Below are positions 60,808-64,000 of a stretch of 64,000 nt of DNA, piece by piece. The stretch's first letter is position 1. Each line of letters begins with the position of its first letter. Location: positions 32,001-96,000 of the forward strand of contig JBDRNJ010000004.1 of the NCBI GenBank assembly GCA_043811375.1, in the 5' to 3' direction. Made by a program: the position numbers and the translations under genes. The DNA comes from a bacterium. Its GTDB lineage: Bacteria > Zixibacteria > MSB-5A5 > GN15 > FEB-12. The notes under the pieces were generated by a model that ran no database searches, had not been told where the DNA came from, and saw only the letters and a list, made by a program, of their open reading frames with translations.

Positions 60808-62457
60808 ATGTCATGGCGCACTTTCAGTGAGGCTCGTGTCTTTGCGAGAGGATTAGGTCTCCGGAGAACCAGGGACTGGCATAAATACTGCAATGGAGGT
60901 TTTCCCGATCTGCCACCGCTTCCTGCTGATATACCTCTGCACCCGTACCATGCCTATAGAAAAAGTGATTGGCAGGGAATGCGAGACTGGCTTGGGGGGG
61001 CATGGCGACCATATGAGAAAGCAAGGACATTTGTACATGCTTTGAACTTAAGACATTGGCAGGATTGGAAAGACTATGTTGATGGTAAGCGTCATGATCT
61101 CCCGCATCTGCCATCCGATATACCTAAGACTCCCCGAAGCGCCTACAAAGATGATGGCTGGCTGGGAACGCGAGATTGGCTGGGTTCCTCATGGCGTCCA
61201 TATGAGAAAGCAAGGACATTTGTACATGCTTTGAACTTGAGGCATTGGCAGGATTGGAAAGACTATGTTGATGGTAAGCGTCAAGATCTCCCGCATCTGC
61301 CATCTGATATACCTAAGACTCCCCGAAGCGTCTACGAAGATGATGGCTGGCTGGGACCGCGAGATTGGTTGGGAGCTAAATGGAAAGAATACTCCGAGGC
61401 CAGAGAATTTGTGAGAAGTTTGGGACTCAAGAGGCAAGAGGATTGGCTGGACTACACTCTTGATAAGCGACCTGGTTTATTGCCTCGTCCAGAAAGTATT
61501 CCAAGGTCGCCTGACACCGTTTATGAAGGTAAGGGTTGGAAGGGCTGGGCCGATTGGCTTGGCACTGACATTAGAGGACTAAAGAAACGCGTCAAGCGTG
61601 CAGGAAAAGCTTGGAAACGTAAATCAGAGTATCTCCCATTCGATGAGGCGCGTAATTATGTAAGAAGCTTGGGTCTTAAATCAAGCCATGAGTGGAATCT
61701 GTTCTGCGGGGGGCAAAGACCACATTTGGGTCACCTCCCTGAGAACATTCCTTCAAGCCCACATCGTACATACCGGATGGACGACTGGATTGGCTATCGT
61801 GATTGGCTGGGTTTATCAGGTTCTGAGCAGCGTTGGAGGCAATGGCGTTCTTTTGACAAAGCCCGCGAGTTTGCACGCTCTTTGGGTTTGAAAACTTGGC
61901 GTGATTGGAGGGAATACTGCAGGGGCGATCATCCGAGTTTGCCAGAACTTCCTGAGGACGTCCCAAAGGCCCCTAGTGTTGTTTATAGGAAGTCCGGCTG
62001 GATCGGAATTTCAGATTGGCTAGGGCACGTTAGATGGAGGGAATACGAAGAGGCCAGAGTGTTCTCCAGAGAGTTGAAACTAGGTTCAGTAGATGACTGG
62101 CGATCTTTCTGCAAGGGCGAGCTACCAGAAGTACCTTCAAAACCACACGATATTCCGACAAGCCCAGCTCAGGTTTACAGAGGGAAAGGTTGGAAGGGAT
62201 GGTCTGATTGGTTGGGAAATCAGGTTCGTGGCAGACCCTGGTCAGGCTGGCGAGACTTCACTAATGCACGCGAGTTTGCACGACTGCTCGGTCTCCGATC
62301 ATACAAAGAATGGGCTAAGTATTGTCAAGGCAAGATCCCAAGTCTGCCATTGCTTCCCGAAGACATCCCTGTTCAAGCCTCGAGAGTATACAGGAATGAT
62401 GGGTGGATTTCATGGCCTAACTGGCTTGGATACACAAGAAGGAAACGGTGTACGTAG
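60808..62457 (+). CDS. protein of eight Trp-rich ~63-aa repeats (resembles the phage-integrase repeat unit family)
   Basis: Unit WRx(F/Y)xxARxFxRxLGLxxxxDWxxY...PxDIPxxPxxVYxxxGWxGxxDWLG repeated 8 times; GAGGAGG SD. Confidence 0.8.
   Translation: MSWRTFSEARVFARGLGLRRTRDWHKYCNGGFPDLPPLPADIPLHPYHAYRKSDWQGMRDWLGGAWRPYEKARTFVHALNLRHWQDWKDYVDGKRHDLPHLPSDIPKTPRSAYKDDGWLGTRDWLGSSWRPYEKARTFVHALNLRHWQDWKDYVDGKRQDLPHLPSDIPKTPRSVYEDDGWLGPRDWLGAKWKEYSEAREFVRSLGLKRQEDWLDYTLDKRPGLLPRPESIPRSPDTVYEGKGWKGWADWLGTDIRGLKKRVKRAGKAWKRKSEYLPFDEARNYVRSLGLKSSHEWNLFCGGQRPHLGHLPENIPSSPHRTYRMDDWIGYRDWLGLSGSEQRWRQWRSFDKAREFARSLGLKTWRDWREYCRGDHPSLPELPEDVPKAPSVVYRKSGWIGISDWLGHVRWREYEEARVFSRELKLGSVDDWRSFCKGELPEVPSKPHDIPTSPAQVYRGKGWKGWSDWLGNQVRGRPWSGWRDFTNAREFARLLGLRSYKEWAKYCQGKIPSLPLLPEDIPVQASRVYRNDGWISWPNWLGYTRRKRCT
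61001..61375 (+). repeat. near-identical 189-bp tandem duplication inside the repeat protein
   Basis: CATGGCGWCCATATGAGAAAGCAAGGACATTTGTACATG begins at 61001 and at 61190. Confidence 0.92.
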
Positions 62458-62484
62458 TCTTGTCGGAACCGCAGGGTTTCCGAC

Positions 62485-63129
62485 CTACTTTGGATAAACC
62501 TCCGCCGACGGGCATAACTTCGCCAAAAAACATCTGCCGCATTGCGGCCGGCGGGCGGTGCAGATAGCTCGTCCGTGACAAATCAGCAGGTGTGACCAGG
62601 CTATCCAGTCATCTTTCGGGATTAGCTGTATCAACTCCCGTTCGATCTTGACCGGGTCGTTCTCTTTCGTGAGTTCCAACCGCCGACTGATACGGCCGAC
62701 ATGAGTATCAACCACGATCCCCTCGGCAATATCAAATCCGGCGCCCAGAATCACGGACGCCGTCTTGCGCCCGACTCCCGGCAGCTTCACCAGTTCGTCC
62801 AACCGTCGAGGGATGCGACCACCATAATCGTCACGCAACTGTCGAGCGGAGTTTTTGATAGCTTTCGCTTTATTGTTGTGAAAACCGGTGGCGAAAATGT
62901 CGCGGCCGAGCTCTTTCAGATTGGCATCGGCAAAGGCCCGTAACGAACGGTACTTCCTGAAGAGTGATTTCGTCACCCGGTTAACGCGCTCATCGGTGCA
63001 CTGCGCCGACAGGATTGTAGCCACCATAAGCTGGTGTACGGTTCGGAAATCAAGAGTACATTTGGCGTCAGGATAATGCCGTTTCAACAGACGGATAGCT
63101 CTCCTGGCTCGCGCTGCCGGCGATGGCAT
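62485..63129 (-). CDS. nth: endonuclease III
   Basis: ILSAQCTD, LPGVGRKTA, VDTHV and C-x6-C-x2-C-x5-C cluster. Confidence 0.97.
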   Translation of the reverse strand: MPSPAARARRAIRLLKRHYPDAKCTLDFRTVHQLMVATILSAQCTDERVNRVTKSLFRKYRSLRAFADANLKELGRDIFATGFHNNKAKAIKNSARQLRDDYGGRIPRRLDELVKLPGVGRKTASVILGAGFDIAEGIVVDTHVGRISRRLELTKENDPVKIERELIQLIPKDDWIAWSHLLICHGRAICTARRPQCGRCFLAKLCPSAEVYPK

Positions 63130-63133
63130 TGCC

Positions 63134-64000
63134 TCAGTCACGTCCGTTACAGCCCAGGGCAACTACCCGGTCGATATCATTGAGGTCTCTGAGAATGACG
63201 ATTGACCGGTAACGATCATCCGTCTCAGTCAGCTTCACAACTCGGTCGGCCTGCCGGTAGCCGATCTCGAACATGATAAGTCCATCTTCAGCCAGATAAT
63301 CGGGAGCGTCGCGCAGGATTACGCGAATGGCGTCCAGTCCGTCTTCCCCGGCCAATAGAGCTGTTTTCGGGTCAGCCAGCACTTCCGGCGGCAGGGATTC
63401 GTATTCGCTGTCGGAGATGTACGGGGGATTGGACAGTATCAGGTTGAACTTTTCGTCGGGGTGGATTTCTGCGAAGAAATCAGACTGGCGAAACTCGATC
63501 TTATCCCCTACGCCCAGTTCCTCGGCGTTGTGATGGGTGATATCGATAGCATCCGGCGAACAGTCGATTGCCAGCACCTCACACTCATCCAGTTCCGCCG
63601 CCACCGTAACGGCAATCACTCCCGAGCCAACACCGACATCCAGCACCCGCGGTTGGGGCAGCCCTTTCTCGTGGACGAAACCAATGGCAGTTTCACACAG
63701 AAGTTCTGTTTCGGGGGTGGGGACCATTACCGCCGGGCTCACGTGAAATTTCCGGCCGTAGAACCATGATTCGCCCAGGATGTATTGCAGGGGGTATCGT
63801 TCGGCCCGTCGTTTGATAATTCCCTGGAGTTGTCCGAGGATGTCCTCGGTCAGCGCTGCCTCGCCGCGTAAATACAGGTCGAGTCGATCAACACCGAGAA
63901 TGTGGCACAGAATGAGTTCAACTTCACTTTTTGCCCGGTCGATCCCGGCGTCAACCAGGACCGCAGCGGCGCGTGAGATGACGGCGGCAAGTCGGTCGGC
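63134..64000 (-). CDS. prmC: release factor glutamine methyltransferase, 5'-truncated by window edge
   Basis: Frame open to 64000; YPLQYILG, PETE, DVGVGSG and SNPPY motifs. Confidence 0.95.
   Translation of the reverse strand, partial: ADRLAAVISRAAAVLVDAGIDRAKSEVELILCHILGVDRLDLYLRGEAALTEDILGQLQGIIKRRAERYPLQYILGESWFYGRKFHVSPAVMVPTPETELLCETAIGFVHEKGLPQPRVLDVGVGSGVIAVTVAAELDECEVLAIDCSPDAIDITHHNAEELGVGDKIEFRQSDFFAEIHPDEKFNLILSNPPYISDSEYESLPPEVLADPKTALLAGEDGLDAIRVILRDAPDYLAEDGLIMFEIGYRQADRVVKLTETDDRYRSIVILRDLNDIDRVVALGCNGRD

Noticed and set aside
61001..61375. Tandem repeats as a possible CRISPR array
   Set aside because: 189-bp in-frame coding units without spacers; no cas genes in the window.

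Overview
Chromosomal window from a GC-rich diderm bacterium, probably anaerobic. A PorV-like barrel, a FlgD-Ig/T9SS-type C-terminal domain and LptE suggest an FCB-group or Zixibacteria-like lineage (inference). It is mostly housekeeping and metabolic genes: a CoA-substrate activase, trxA, rhomboid, DsbD-like protein, thiolase-hbd-two acyl-CoA dehydrogenases, hutU/hutI, pyrE/acpS, class II RNR nrdJ, folP-cdaA, htpX, rlmD, recN-dnaG-mutS2-cvpA-rpsU, yebC, nth and prmC. Interspersed are AT-richer accessory genes bordered by REP-like palindromes. Main signals not in the ORF track: (1) a 56-codon membrane ORF after trxA with an in-frame TGA, a UxxxxC motif and a SECIS-like hairpin (candidate small selenoprotein); (2) three rod-like intergenic RNA candidates, one with its own promoter and U-tail and one 6S-like; (3) an orphan Rhs-tip plus lipoprotein cassette bracketed by a duplicated promoter element; (4) a 176-bp MITE with TIRs, a TSD and an internal REP pair; (5) a yqeY pseudogene. 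Also notable are an uncharacterised isochorismatase/flavoprotein/RlmN-like radical SAM/GNAT operon and a stand-alone protein made of eight Trp-rich ~63-aa repeats. All calls were made by eye; no database searches or folding programs were run.
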